Source: Alphaproteobacteria bacterium
GTDB taxonomy: Bacteria; Pseudomonadota; Alphaproteobacteria; Micropepsales; Micropepsaceae
Length of the DNA: 64,000 nucleotides
Reading direction: 5' to 3'
NCBI GenBank assembly: GCA_947474645.1
Contig: CANJJD010000002.1
Location: 102,745 to 166,744 of the forward strand
In this document: piece after piece, positions 19,307 to 29,543 of the stretch
Numbering within the stretch: the first letter of the stretch is position 1
How the letters are laid out: each line of letters begins with the position of its first letter
The notes under the pieces: generated by a model
Databases searched by the model: none
What the model was told of the DNA's origin: nothing
The model's input: only the letters and a program-made list of their open reading frames with translations
Program-made: the position numbers and the translations under genes

Positions 19307-19441
19307 CGGATGGTGCCTTTTGCACTGTCTCGAAAAGGATCATGGCGGGAAAAAGTTGAGAAGGGTTTAACCTTAAACACGCTGAACGGCGCGGCTTTGC
19401 AGGCGTTTCCGGCCCACACCTCGCAAAGATTAACACTTTCT

Positions 19442-20206
19442 TTATTTTCCCAGTGCTGTGCGCAAGGTCCCCAGCACACCCGTCTCCGTCAGGTTCAGGT
19501 GCAGCGGCGTCACCGCAATGTGATTGCCATAGATCGCGCCCACATCGGTATCGTCCGGTGGCGTGGCTTTGCGGCGGCGCAGGCCGATCCAGTAGTAGGC
19601 GCGCTGGCGGGCATCCATGCGCTCCTCGATCTCGGTGGATTGCAGGTCGTACTTGCCCTGCGGCACCACCTTCACGCCCTTGACCGACGCGGCCGGGCAA
19701 CCGGGGAAGTTCACATTGATCAGGGTGCCGGCGGGCCAGCCCGCCTTGACCAGCGCCGCCACGGTGGCCGGGCCATGCACCTCGCCCGCCGACCAGTCGA
19801 TCGCATGGCGGTCGCCTTCGTCATAGCATTGCGACAGGGCGATGGACGGAATGTTGAGGGCACAGCCTTCCATGGCGCCGGCGATGGTACCCGAATAGGT
19901 GACGTCATCGGCCAGGTTGGAGCCCCAATTGACGCCCGACAGCACCAGGTCGGGCAGATGGTCTTTCAGGATGTGTAGGCAGGCCATCATCACGCAATCG
20001 GTGGGCGTGCCGCTGACGGCGAAGCGGCGTTCCTCCAGCGGTCGCAGGCGCAGCGGCGAGGTCAGGGTGAGGGAGTGCGAGGCGCCCGACTGTTCATTTT
20101 CCGGCGCCACCACCCAGACGTCATCCGAAAGGCTGCGGGCGATGTTTTCCGCAACGACGAGGCCCGGCGAATGGATGCCGTCGTCATTGGTGACCAGGAT
20201 TCTCAT
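19442..20206 (-). CDS. surE: 5'/3'-nucleotidase SurE
   Basis: [34 protein letters not shown]. Start overlaps the serS stop (TAATG). Confidence 0.96.
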   Translation of the reverse strand: MRILVTNDDGIHSPGLVVAENIARSLSDDVWVVAPENEQSGASHSLTLTSPLRLRPLEERRFAVSGTPTDCVMMACLHILKDHLPDLVLSGVNWGSNLADDVTYSGTIAGAMEGCALNIPSIALSQCYDEGDRHAIDWSAGEVHGPATVAALVKAGWPAGTLINVNFPGCPAASVKGVKVVPQGKYDLQSTEIEERMDARQRAYYWIGLRRRKATPPDDTDVGAIYGNHIAVTPLHLNLTETGVLGTLRTALGK

Positions 20207-21669
20207 TATGTTTTCTCGATGACTTTCTTGCCGCCCATATAAGGCTGCAGCGCATCGGGGATGGCGACACTGCCATCCGCCTGCTGGTAGTTTTCCAGAA
20301 TGGCAACCAGGGTGCGGCCCACCGCCAGGCCGGAGCCGTTCAAGGTGTGCACCGGCCCCTTCACCTTGCCTTCGGCATTGCGATAGCGGGTGTTCATGCG
20401 CCGGGCCTGGAAATCGCCGCAGTTGGAGCAGGAGGAAATCTCGCGATAGGCGTTCTGCCCCGGCAGCCACACTTCAATGTCATACGTCTTGATCGCGCCG
20501 AAGCCCATGTCACCGGTGCAGAGCGTCACCACACGGTGCGCCAGATCGAGCTTCTTGAGGATTTCCTGCGCCGCATCGGTCATGCGCTCATGCTCGGAGT
20601 TAGACTGGTCCGGCGTGGTGATCGAGACCAGCTCCACCTTGGAGAATTGATGCATGCGGATCATGCCGCGCGTGTCCCTGCCCGCCGCCCCGGCCTCGGC
20701 GCGGAAACAGGGCGTGAAGGCGGTGAAGCGCAGCGGTAATTCGGCCTCGCCCAATATTTCGTCGGCCACGTAGTTCGTTAGGGAAACTTCGGCAGTAGGG
20801 ATGAGCCAAAGCCTCTCGGGGTTTTCAAGCGAGTCCAACTGCCGCTCTACTTCTTTTTCATACTCAAAAATATCGTTGGGCCAGGGAGAATTAGTTCCTG
20901 CTCTGAAAAAAGTCTTTCCCTGCTGTTCGAGTTCTCTAATGGCTAATGTACCGGCCAAGCGGCGGCGCTCCAAATCACCTGCACTATTAGATGTCGAAAA
21001 CAAATCATCCTTGAACTTAGGCAGTTGGCCAGTGCCAAACATCGCCTGATCTCGCACCAGCACGGGCGGTGAGACTTCCGTGTATCCGAACGCGACCGTA
21101 TGCGTATCCAGCATGAAGGCTCCCAACGCGCGCTCCAACTTCGCCAAATCGTTCTTGAGGTACACAAACCGCGCGCCTGACACTTTGACAGCGCGCTCAA
21201 AATCCATCTGGCCCAGCAACGCACCGATCTCGAAATGTTGTTGGGGATTGTTGATGCCCGGCGGCTTACCGAAGCTGCGCTTTTCCACCGCCACATTGGC
21301 GCTTTCATCGGCGCCGTCCGGCACGTCCGCTGCCGGGATGTTGGGAATCACCGCCAGCGCGTCGCGCAAATCTTTTTCCAGTTCGCGCTGCTCGGCTTCG
21401 CCCTGCTGGATGCTCTCTTTCAAGCCCGCCACTTCCGCCATCAGGGCGGCGGCGCCCGCTTCGTCCTTCTTGGCCTTGGCCTGGCCGATCAGCTTGGAGG
21501 CGTCGTTGCGGCGGGCCTGCTCGCCCTGCAGCCGCACCAGCAGATCGCGCAATGCCTTGTCTTTTTTCAGCAAATTGTCGGCAAGGCTTTGCGCATCACC
21601 CAGCCCGCGGCGCTGCAGGCCGCGCACAAAGGCCGCCGCATCGTCCCGAATAGCCTTGATGTCGTGCAT
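20206..21669 (-). CDS. serS: Serine--tRNA ligase (487 aa, with an internal insertion)
   Basis: [68 protein letters not shown]. Confidence 0.97.
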   Translation of the reverse strand: MHDIKAIRDDAAAFVRGLQRRGLGDAQSLADNLLKKDKALRDLLVRLQGEQARRNDASKLIGQAKAKKDEAGAAALMAEVAGLKESIQQGEAEQRELEKDLRDALAVIPNIPAADVPDGADESANVAVEKRSFGKPPGINNPQQHFEIGALLGQMDFERAVKVSGARFVYLKNDLAKLERALGAFMLDTHTVAFGYTEVSPPVLVRDQAMFGTGQLPKFKDDLFSTSNSAGDLERRRLAGTLAIRELEQQGKTFFRAGTNSPWPNDIFEYEKEVERQLDSLENPERLWLIPTAEVSLTNYVADEILGEAELPLRFTAFTPCFRAEAGAAGRDTRGMIRMHQFSKVELVSITTPDQSNSEHERMTDAAQEILKKLDLAHRVVTLCTGDMGFGAIKTYDIEVWLPGQNAYREISSCSNCGDFQARRMNTRYRNAEGKVKGPVHTLNGSGLAVGRTLVAILENYQQADGSVAIPDALQPYMGGKKVIEKT

Positions 21670-21743
21670 CGCAAATCTCCCGCGCCCGGTCATGCCACGG
21701 CCCCCGGCCCCCGTCAAAAGCACCGCTTTCCGCGACCCCCGGG

Positions 21744-21758
21744 TTAACAAAAACCTAA
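21744..21758. promoter_or_regulatory. Putative CtrA site between serS and the histidine kinase
   Basis: TTAA-CAAAAAC-CTAA (reverse strand TTAG-N7-TTAAC), one mismatch to TTAA-N7-TTAAC. Confidence 0.5.
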
Positions 21759-21915
21759 AATCACCCCTGCAATTGCGCAGGGCCCCGCAACCACGCCGCA
21801 ACCGGAGCCCGCGTAACATGCCACGGCATTATTGGGGGGATGTCCGGTGCGCCGGCATTTCGCGACACAAGTCACAGCCCATATTAGGGCGCTGTTCGAC
21901 CGGCTGGACGGCCAG

Positions 21916-22914
21916 ATGTCCAGGTTCGGGCGTTTCGGCTCGACCGCCGCGCTGACCGCCATGGCGGTGTGCGCCGTGGTGCCGCTGCATTTCCTGGTCC
22001 GGGTGGTCGAAGGCCTGCCGGTCCAGCCCATCTCGGCGGTGAACATCGCCATCGAGATCGCCATCATCGCGGCGCCGATCATCTTTTATGCCCGCGACGT
22101 GATCGCCCAGCTCCAGACCAGCCGCACCATCATGGACGGCATGTCGCGGCGCCTGAAAGTCTCCGTCGAGCAGGCGCAGGAAGCCAACCGCGCCAAGTCC
22201 GCCTTCCTGGCCAATATGAGCCATGAACTGCGCACGCCGCTGAACGCCATCATGGGTTTTTCGGAAGTGATGAAGGACCAGCATCTGGGCCCCTTGGATA
22301 ATCCCCGCTACCTCGCCTATGCCGGCGACATCCATGCCAGCGGCCAATATCTGCTGGGCATCATCAACGACATCCTGGACCTGTCCAAGATCGAGGCCGG
22401 CAAGATGTCGCTGGACAGCGCCGAGGAATTCCCGCTGGCCCATGCGGTGGAAGGCTCGCTTTCCATCTGCCGCACCCTGGGCGAAAAATTCGGCGTGCGC
22501 ATCGAAAGCCGATTGCCGCCGGAAGACGTGCAACTGCTGGCGGTGGAACGCATGATCCGCCAGATCCTGATCAACCTGGTGGGCAACGCCATCAAGTTCA
22601 CCCCGGCCGGCGGGCGCGTCACCATCGGCGGCGCGCCGACCGCTGATGGCGGCTATGCCCTGACGGTGCAGGATTCCGGCATCGGCATGACGGATGAGGA
22701 CATCCACAAGGCGCTGACGCCCTTCGGCCAGATCGAGAACAAGATGACCGCCACCCATAACGGCACCGGCCTGGGCCTGCCGCTGGCCAAGGCGATGCTG
22801 GAACTGCATGGCGGAAGCCTGGATATCACCAGCGCGCCGGAGCGCGGCACCTGCCTGACCCTGAATTTCCCGCCTCAACGCATCCGCATCGGCCGGAAAG
22901 CGGCGGCCGCCTAG
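21916..22914 (+). CDS. Orphan sensor histidine kinase, PleC/DivJ/PdhS-like HisKA
   Basis: Two TM helices; ANRAKSAFLANMSHELRTPLNAIMGFS; N, G1 (DSGIG), F and G2 (GTGLGL) boxes. Start uncertain (21832-21916). Confidence 0.88.
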   Translation: MSRFGRFGSTAALTAMAVCAVVPLHFLVRVVEGLPVQPISAVNIAIEIAIIAAPIIFYARDVIAQLQTSRTIMDGMSRRLKVSVEQAQEANRAKSAFLANMSHELRTPLNAIMGFSEVMKDQHLGPLDNPRYLAYAGDIHASGQYLLGIINDILDLSKIEAGKMSLDSAEEFPLAHAVEGSLSICRTLGEKFGVRIESRLPPEDVQLLAVERMIRQILINLVGNAIKFTPAGGRVTIGGAPTADGGYALTVQDSGIGMTDEDIHKALTPFGQIENKMTATHNGTGLGLPLAKAMLELHGGSLDITSAPERGTCLTLNFPPQRIRIGRKAAAA

Positions 22915-23723
22915 GCTTGCGTGACCTCGGTGGAGTCCGCGGCCCGGGCCGCCTGCTCCTTGGCGCGGCCGCGCTCGATCAGGACCACGCTGATGATCGA
23001 AATCTCGTAGAGCAAGGTCAGCGGCACCGCGAGACTCAGCATGGAAATGGCGTCCGGCGGGGTGAAGATCGCCGCCACCGCGAACAGAGCAACGATGGCG
23101 TAGCGGCGCATTTCGCGCAGCGCCTTGGCGCTGACGATGCCGACCTTGGCCAGCAGCGACAGCAGCACCGGCAATTGAAACGTCAGGCCGAAGGCGAAGA
23201 TCAGGGTCATCACCAGATCGAGATAGTCGCTGACCTTGGCCTGGAGCTCGATGCCCATCGCCGTGCCGGTGGCCGGCACCTGGTAACCGGCGAAGAATTC
23301 GATCGAGAAGGGCAGCATGATGTAATAGACGAAGGCCGCGCCGATCGAAAACATCACCGGCACGCACAGCAGGAACGGCCAGAAGGCGTTCTTCTCATGC
23401 TTGTAGAGGCCGGGCGCCACAAACAGCCAGATCTGCCAGGCGATAATGGGAAAGCCCAGGCAGATGCCGCCGAACATACCGATCTTCACATTGGTGAAGA
23501 ACACTTCGGTCAGCGCGGTATAGATCAGGTGATTGGTGGCGGCATGCAGCGGCCGCGTCAGGAAGGCGAAAATCTGGTTGGCGAAGGCAAAGCAAAGGCC
23601 GGCGCAGGCCAGAAACGACAGCACCGACCAGATCAGCCGGGTGCGCAGCTCCAGCAGATGCTCCATCAACGGCGCCTTGGTGGCGTCCAGTGCGGCTTCG
23701 TCTTCGGGGGTGGGCGTGATCAC
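22911..23723 (-). CDS. tatC: Twin-arginine translocase TatC
   Basis: PLMEHLLELRTRL, FVAPGLYKHEK, FGL.FQLPV, RRYAIV, TPPDAISML. Confidence 0.96.
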   Translation of the reverse strand: MITPTPEDEAALDATKAPLMEHLLELRTRLIWSVLSFLACAGLCFAFANQIFAFLTRPLHAATNHLIYTALTEVFFTNVKIGMFGGICLGFPIIAWQIWLFVAPGLYKHEKNAFWPFLLCVPVMFSIGAAFVYYIMLPFSIEFFAGYQVPATGTAMGIELQAKVSDYLDLVMTLIFAFGLTFQLPVLLSLLAKVGIVSAKALREMRRYAIVALFAVAAIFTPPDAISMLSLAVPLTLLYEISIISVVLIERGRAKEQAARAADSTEVTQA

Positions 23724-24148
23724 GGCGCAGCGGTTCCGGCGGAAGCGGGCGTGACAGGCGCGGCGGTGTCAGTGACTTCAAATTCGCCGCTGCGCGGTTC
23801 GACGGCGCCTTCGGCCGGCACGCTGGTGTCCGCGAGAACCTGATCGGCGCCGTCCGTCACGGCGGCGGTGGATTGGTTGACCGACTGGGTGGCCTCGTCC
23901 ATGGCGCCCATCATGTCGGTGACCGGGTTGTTCTTCTTGAGGTTCTCGATTTCCTTGCGCAGCTCATCCAGTTCGGTCTGGCGCGCCATCTCGTCGAAGC
24001 TCTTGCGGAACTCATTGGCCATGGCGCGGGCCTTGCCCGCCCACTTGCCCGCCATGTGCATCAGGCGCGGCAGATCCTTCGGCCCCACCACGACGAGCGC
24101 GACGACCAGGAGAATGAGGATGTGACTCCAGCTGAACAGATCAAACAT
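23720..24148 (-). CDS. tatB: Twin-arginine translocase TatB
   Basis: MFD...ALVVVGPKDLP; located between tatA and tatC. Confidence 0.93.
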   Translation of the reverse strand: MFDLFSWSHILILLVVALVVVGPKDLPRLMHMAGKWAGKARAMANEFRKSFDEMARQTELDELRKEIENLKKNNPVTDMMGAMDEATQSVNQSTAAVTDGADQVLADTSVPAEGAVEPRSGEFEVTDTAAPVTPASAGTAAP

Positions 24149-24161
24149 GGGACTCGCACCG

Positions 24162-24359
24162 TCAGACGGTGGTCTTGTCCTTGTTGGTGTCCTCGGCGTT
24201 GATCACCTTGGGGTCATCCTTTTCCGACAGCCCCTTTTTGAAGCTGTTGATGCCCTTGCCGAAGTCGCCCATCATGTCGGAAATCTTGCCGCGGCCGCCG
24301 AACAGAACCAGCGCCACCGCGCCCAGGATCAGCCAGTGCCAGATGCCGAATGTACCCAT
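24162..24359 (-). CDS. tatA: Twin-arginine translocase TatA
   Basis: [11 protein letters not shown]...[23 protein letters not shown]; AGGAG RBS. Confidence 0.95.
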   Translation of the reverse strand: MGTFGIWHWLILGAVALVLFGGRGKISDMMGDFGKGINSFKKGLSEKDDPKVINAEDTNKDKTTV

Positions 24360-24597
24360 GAGACTTCTCCTAAACGCTTGAAATCCTGAACCTTTGACCG
24401 CGCCTCCCATTCGGGGGCGCCGGCCTTGGACCCTTTAAACCCCCTTGGGGGCCAGGGCGCAAGTATCGGCTGGAAAAGGGGTTATTTTGCGTCGGGTCGA
24501 GCAAGGCTGCGGAAACCCGGCCGCTCGCCCAAGCTCGCGGCGTTCGATGCTCAAATCGGTCCACCGGACCGATTTGTCCGGCTGCGCCGGCCGCATC

Positions 24598-26064
24598 TCA
24601 CCCCACCAATATCTCGCCTTTGCGGCCCAAGGTGTCAGCGAGTTCACCAAGACGTTTTTGGACCGGCTCGCCGGCAATCGCCTCGCGGCGGGTCGGCACT
24701 TCCAGGATCACCTTGGACGGGGTCATGCGCAGGCGGTAATGCGCCAACTCCCCTGCCGCGCTGGCCGACAGCGAAAAGGCGAAGCGCCAGGCCAGCCCCA
24801 GCAGCAGGGCGTATTTCTCTTCGTCCTTGTCCAGCAGCCCGGCCATCGCCAGGCCTTGCGGGACATCCTCGTCGCCGGAGTAACGGTGGAAGACCGATGC
24901 CGCGATCAGCGCGCGCTCGCGGTGCGTGGCGCCGGCAAAAGGCGCGGTCAGCACCTGGCCGAAGGCGCCGGCGGCGCGGTCGTCGGGATGACGCCGCCAA
25001 GCCACGTCGGAGAAAAGGGCCGATGCCGCGCGCACCCGCTCCTCGGCCGCGCCCTGGCCTTCAAACAAGGGCGCGGTCCATTTGAGCATTTCTTCAGCAT
25101 GCACCGGCACGCGCGCATTGCGGGCATTGGCGGCGCGGGCAAACTCCACCAACGGATCCGCGCTGCGCTCGTCCGCCGGCAGCCCGGCATAGAGCAGGCC
25201 TTCGCGCAGGCCGTAAGCTGAGATCACCACATCCTTGATGTCGCCGGCTTCCAGCAGCCGCTCCAGCACCACGGCGCCGTAAGGCAGGCTTTCGGCGCGG
25301 CGCTTGGACACGACCTTGATCTTGCGCACGCTGTCCTTGGACAGGCCGGCCAGCAGCCGGCACAGCCGCAGCGCCCGGCCGCGCGGGATGGTGTAATGCT
25401 GCAGGACATGGAGCGGATAATTCTGCTCCTCCATGTCCACCCGCGCGAAGCTGCGCCAGATGCCGCCCACCGCATAGAGCGCCGGCGCCGACAGACCGGG
25501 AATATTCTTCAAGCCTTTGTCGACAATGTCTCGCGCCTTGTCGGCATCGCCTTTCGACTGGTCCATCAGCCGCAAGGGCCCGAACGGCAGGGTGGTGGCC
25601 GCGCCGGTCTTGCCGCCTTTCACCGAAACCATGTCGAGAGAGCCGCCGCCCAGATCCGCCGCCAATCCGTCAGCATCCGGAATGCCCGCCACCACGCCTT
25701 CTGCGGCGATGCGCGCCTCATCCTCGCCCGCCAGCACGCGGATCGGCCGGCCCCAGGCGGCTTCGGCGCGGCGGATGAACTCGGCGCCATTGGAGGCATC
25801 GCGCGCCGCGGCGGTGGCCACGGCGTCGCGGGTTTCCACTTCCAAACCGTCGGCGATCAGGCGAAAGCGCGCCAGGGCTTCCAGCGCCGCGGCGCAGCCC
25901 TCCGCATGCAGCCGGCCGCTGGTGACCATGTCGCGGCCGATGGCGCAGATGGATTTTTCGTTCTGCAGGGTGGCGGCCACCCGCGTCTGGGTCTCATAGA
26001 CCACCAAGCGCACCGAGTTGGAGCCGATGTCGACAATGGCGACAGGCCCACTGCCCTTGGCCAT
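24598..26064 (-). CDS. ppx: Ppx/GppA exopolyphosphatase
   Basis: IVDIGSNSVRL, ATAAAR.A.N, GEDEA, DLGGGSL, S.YGLREG; follows ppk1. Confidence 0.92.
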   Translation of the reverse strand: MAKGSGPVAIVDIGSNSVRLVVYETQTRVAATLQNEKSICAIGRDMVTSGRLHAEGCAAALEALARFRLIADGLEVETRDAVATAAARDASNGAEFIRRAEAAWGRPIRVLAGEDEARIAAEGVVAGIPDADGLAADLGGGSLDMVSVKGGKTGAATTLPFGPLRLMDQSKGDADKARDIVDKGLKNIPGLSAPALYAVGGIWRSFARVDMEEQNYPLHVLQHYTIPRGRALRLCRLLAGLSKDSVRKIKVVSKRRAESLPYGAVVLERLLEAGDIKDVVISAYGLREGLLYAGLPADERSADPLVEFARAANARNARVPVHAEEMLKWTAPLFEGQGAAEERVRAASALFSDVAWRRHPDDRAAGAFGQVLTAPFAGATHRERALIAASVFHRYSGDEDVPQGLAMAGLLDKDEEKYALLLGLAWRFAFSLSASAAGELAHYRLRMTPSKVILEVPTRREAIAGEPVQKRLGELADTLGRKGEILVG

Positions 26065-26067
26065 GGG

Positions 26068-28293
26068 CTATTTCCGGCGCTTCGCCGGATTCTGCATCTT
26101 GAGCGCGCGGCCGCGGCCCGAAAGCGACGGGTTGGTCATGAAGTAGGTGTGCGCGGAGAAAGCATCGCCGTCCTCGGAGTGAGAATCACGGACATAGCGC
26201 CCGTCCGCCTCCATATACCAGCTTTGCGCCTGGTCTTTGAGCTGCGCCACCATGATCTGGTCAAGGACTTGTTGATGGACGGTGGGATTGTCCACCGGGA
26301 CCAGGGTCTCCACCCGCCGGTCCAGGTTGCGCGGCATCCAGTCGGCCGAGGAGATATAGACCTTGGCGTCCTTGTGCGGCAGTTCATGGCCGTTGCCGAA
26401 ACAGATGATGCGGCCATGCTCCAGGAAGCGGCCGACGATGGACTTGACCCGGATATTGTCGGACAGGCCCGGCACGCCGGGACGCAGGCAGCAGATGCCG
26501 CGCACGATCAATTCGATCTTCACCCCCGCCTGGCTGGCGCGGTACAGCCCGTCAATCATGCCCGGATCCACCAGGCTGTTCAGCTTGACCCAGATGAAAG
26601 CGGGCTTGCCGGCGCGGGCATGCATGATTTCCTGCTGGATGCATTCGCTCAGCCTTCCGCGCAGGGTGAGCGGCGACATGGCCAGTTTTTCCAGGCTGGT
26701 GGGCTCGGCATAGCCGGTGATGAAATTGAAAAGCTGGGCGGCGTCGCGCCCCAGCGCCGGATCGGCGCTGAACAGCGACAGGTCGGTGTAAATCTTGGCG
26801 GTGTTGGGGTGATAGTTGCCGGTGCCGAAATGGCAATAGGTGGCAAGCTGGCCGCCCTCGCGCCGCACCACCAGGCTGATCTTGGCGTGGGTCTTGAGCG
26901 CAATGAAGCCGTACACCACCTGCACGCCGGCCCGTTCCAGGTCGCGGGCCCATTTGATGTTGGCGGCCTCGTCAAAGCGCGCTTTCAGTTCCACCAGGGC
27001 GGTGACCGACTTGCCGGCTTCCGCCGCCTCGATCAGCGCCCCGACGATGGGGCTGTCGGATGAGGTGCGGTAGAGCGTCTGCTTGATCGCCACCACGTCC
27101 GGATCGGCGGCGGCCTGGCGGATGAACTGCACCACCGTGTCGAAGCTTTCGAACGGGTGATGGACGATCAGGTCCTTTTCGCGGATGGCGGCAAAACAGT
27201 CGCCGCCATGGTCGCGGATACGCTGGGGAAAACGCGCGACATAGGGCTTGAACAAAAGTTCGGACCGTTCGGACAGGATCAGCTTGCCGAGATCCGACAG
27301 GCCCATCAGGTTTTCGATGATCACGATTTCCGAATCGTCCAGGTCCAGATGCTCGGCGATGAAATGGCGCAGCGCCTCGGGCATGGAGGCGCTGCATTTC
27401 ATGTGAATCACGCTGCCGCGCCGGCGGCGCTTGAGCAGGCTCTCGAACAGCAGCACCAGGTCTTCGGCTTCTTCTTCCACTTCCACGTCGCTGTCGCGCA
27501 GCAGGCGGAACATGCCCCAGCCGGTGACGCCATGGCCGGGGAACAGCCGGTCGAAATACTGCGCGATGACATGCTCCAGCGGAATGAAGCGCACGGTGCG
27601 GGGATTGGTGTCCGGCAGGCGGATGAAGCGCTTGAGCTGCGGCGGCACCGGGATCAGGGCCGAGAAGCCCTTGCCGTGCTTGTTGGTCAGTTGCACCGCG
27701 ATGGTGAAGCCCAGATTGGGAATGAAGGGAAAGGGATGCGCCGGATCAATCGCCAGCGGCGTCAGCACGGGGAAAATCTGGTCGGCGAACTGCTTGTCCA
27801 GATAGCCATGGTCGCGAGGCTCGAGCTCCTCGCCGGTGACGACGCTGATGCCTTCCTTGCGCAGGTCCGCATGGAGCTGCGACCAGATATTCTGCTGGTC
27901 GGTGATCAGGCCGCGGGCGCAGCGGTCCACCTCGGCCAGTTGCTCGGCGGGCGTCAGACCGTCGGCGCTCGGGGTGGCGACGCCGGCGCGCACCATGCCC
28001 ATCAGGCCGGCGACGCGCACCATGTAGAACTCGTCCAGGTTGGAAGCCGAGATGGACAGGAAGCGCACCCGCTCGAACAAAGGATGGCGGCGGTTCAGCG
28101 CTTCCTCGATGACGCGGCGGTTGAAGGCCAGCCAGCTCAGCTCGCGGTTGACGAAGCGCTGCGGCGAGGCCGGGTCGAAGGAATGGTTTTCGCCCTGGTG
28201 TGCCAGGGACATCACGTCTTCGGTGGAGACGGACGCGTCGGCGTCATCCTCGTTGGCCACGGCGAGGGGCTGGATCGGGCTGGGATTGGACAT
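26068..28293 (-). CDS. ppk1: Polyphosphate kinase 1
   Basis: [74 protein letters not shown]. Confidence 0.97.
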   Translation of the reverse strand: MSNPSPIQPLAVANEDDADASVSTEDVMSLAHQGENHSFDPASPQRFVNRELSWLAFNRRVIEEALNRRHPLFERVRFLSISASNLDEFYMVRVAGLMGMVRAGVATPSADGLTPAEQLAEVDRCARGLITDQQNIWSQLHADLRKEGISVVTGEELEPRDHGYLDKQFADQIFPVLTPLAIDPAHPFPFIPNLGFTIAVQLTNKHGKGFSALIPVPPQLKRFIRLPDTNPRTVRFIPLEHVIAQYFDRLFPGHGVTGWGMFRLLRDSDVEVEEEAEDLVLLFESLLKRRRRGSVIHMKCSASMPEALRHFIAEHLDLDDSEIVIIENLMGLSDLGKLILSERSELLFKPYVARFPQRIRDHGGDCFAAIREKDLIVHHPFESFDTVVQFIRQAAADPDVVAIKQTLYRTSSDSPIVGALIEAAEAGKSVTALVELKARFDEAANIKWARDLERAGVQVVYGFIALKTHAKISLVVRREGGQLATYCHFGTGNYHPNTAKIYTDLSLFSADPALGRDAAQLFNFITGYAEPTSLEKLAMSPLTLRGRLSECIQQEIMHARAGKPAFIWVKLNSLVDPGMIDGLYRASQAGVKIELIVRGICCLRPGVPGLSDNIRVKSIVGRFLEHGRIICFGNGHELPHKDAKVYISSADWMPRNLDRRVETLVPVDNPTVHQQVLDQIMVAQLKDQAQSWYMEADGRYVRDSHSEDGDAFSAHTYFMTNPSLSGRGRALKMQNPAKRRK

Positions 28294-28315
28294 GCCCCAG
28301 CCTAGTCTCCCTATC

Positions 28316-28333
28316 GTGAAATTGTCATGACAA
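28316..28333 (-). promoter_or_regulatory. Putative Pho box upstream of ppk1
   Basis: Minus strand TTGTCAT-GACA-ATTTCAC has 7-4-7 spacing like CTGTCAT-N4-CTGTCAY. It contains the 12-bp palindrome TTGTCATGACAA. Confidence 0.45.
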
Positions 28334-28339
28334 AGAGTG

Positions 28340-28987
28340 TTAAAACAGCCGGGGCTGCGGCGGGCCGTCCAACAAGTCCTTGATAAGGCTAAGATTTACC
28401 GGCCGCTTGGATTGCAGTGCGGCGGCGTCGGCCCGGGCCACGAAATCACGGATCGCGCCCGGGGACCGCTCCAGGCTGCGGATCATGTGAGCCACCACGC
28501 TTTCGGGAACAGCCAGTTGGCGGTCGGCGAACAGCTTCACCGCCAGGCCCATCAGCAAGGCGTCGTCCGGCGCCCATAGCGCAAAGGCCAACAGGGCGCG
28601 GCTGCGCGATACCAAATCTGGCAAAGTGAACGGCCATTCCGACGGCGACATCAGCGACGTCAGCAACAGTGGCGCGCCCCGTTCCAGCAGCGCGAACAGC
28701 GGCGCTTCGGCAACCCCTGCCCCCACATTCTCCACCACCAGTGGGCCATCCGGGATGCCGCTGTTCAGATCGGCGGCGTCCATCACCGTGGCGCCGGCCT
28801 TGTCAGCCCAAACCGCCGCCAGATGGGATTTGCCCGACGCTGGTGGGCCATGCAGCGCCGCCGCCGGCGCCGGCCAGTTGGGGAAGGAATCGATGAAGGC
28901 CACGGCGCGCGCATTGCCGGGCGCGACGATGAAGTCGGCGCGGCCCTGCGCGCTGCGCACTTCCAGGGGAAGGACAAGCTGCGTCAC
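28340..28987 (-). CDS. hdaA: DnaA regulatory inactivator HdaA
   Basis: GTG start with GAGGA RBS; QLVLPL N-terminal motif, [30 protein letters not shown]. Typical position upstream of ppk. Confidence 0.85.
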   Translation of the reverse strand: MTQLVLPLEVRSAQGRADFIVAPGNARAVAFIDSFPNWPAPAAALHGPPASGKSHLAAVWADKAGATVMDAADLNSGIPDGPLVVENVGAGVAEAPLFALLERGAPLLLTSLMSPSEWPFTLPDLVSRSRALLAFALWAPDDALLMGLAVKLFADRQLAVPESVVAHMIRSLERSPGAIRDFVARADAAALQSKRPVNLSLIKDLLDGPPQPRLF

Positions 28988-28994
28988 TTGATCC

Positions 28995-29543
28995 TCATGG
29001 GGCCGTGTGCCTTCCGGCGGCGCGCAGCAATACCCCGGCATAGGCGATGGCGGACAACAATGTAGCGCCGGCGCAGATCCAGGTGGCCGCCAGCATCAGG
29101 CGCGGCGCGTGCAGGTCGAAGGCCAGCAGCAGCAGCGCGCCAAGAATGTAGAGCACCTGAATCACGGTGGAGAGTTTGCCCAGGAACAGGGGTTCGAACT
29201 TCAAAGGCAGGCCGAGGAACTTGACCAAAAGCCAGCCGGCGGCGATGGAGAGATCACGTGCCGCCACCAGCACCAGCAGCCAGACCGGCGTCACGCCGAC
29301 GGTGCACAATGCGACCAGGCACAGCAGCATCAACAGCTTGTCGGCGGCCGGGTCCAGCCAGGCGCCGAAATCCGACGTCACGCCCCAGCGCCGCGCAATG
29401 AAGCCGTCCAGCCCGTCGCTGGCGCCCGCCGCGGCGAACACCAGCAACGCGGCGGTGTCGTGATTGGCGTGGATCAGCCAGGCCGCCAGGGGCGCGGCCG
29501 CGAGCCGCAATGCCGAAAGCAGGTTCGGCACATGCCGGATCAT
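28995..29543 (-). CDS. CDP-alcohol phosphatidyltransferase
   Basis: PNLLS.LRL, SDGLDGFIARRW...S.FGAWLDPAADK signature. Confidence 0.9.
   Translation of the reverse strand: MIRHVPNLLSALRLAAAPLAAWLIHANHDTAALLVFAAAGASDGLDGFIARRWGVTSDFGAWLDPAADKLLMLLCLVALCTVGVTPVWLLVLVAARDLSIAAGWLLVKFLGLPLKFEPLFLGKLSTVIQVLYILGALLLLAFDLHAPRLMLAATWICAGATLLSAIAYAGVLLRAAGRHTAP

Noticed and set aside
20812-20997. Intein, intron or palindromic element as the source of the serS insertion
   Set aside because: No Cys/Ser...His-Asn splice motifs, too short for an intein, and no obvious inverted repeat in the DNA.
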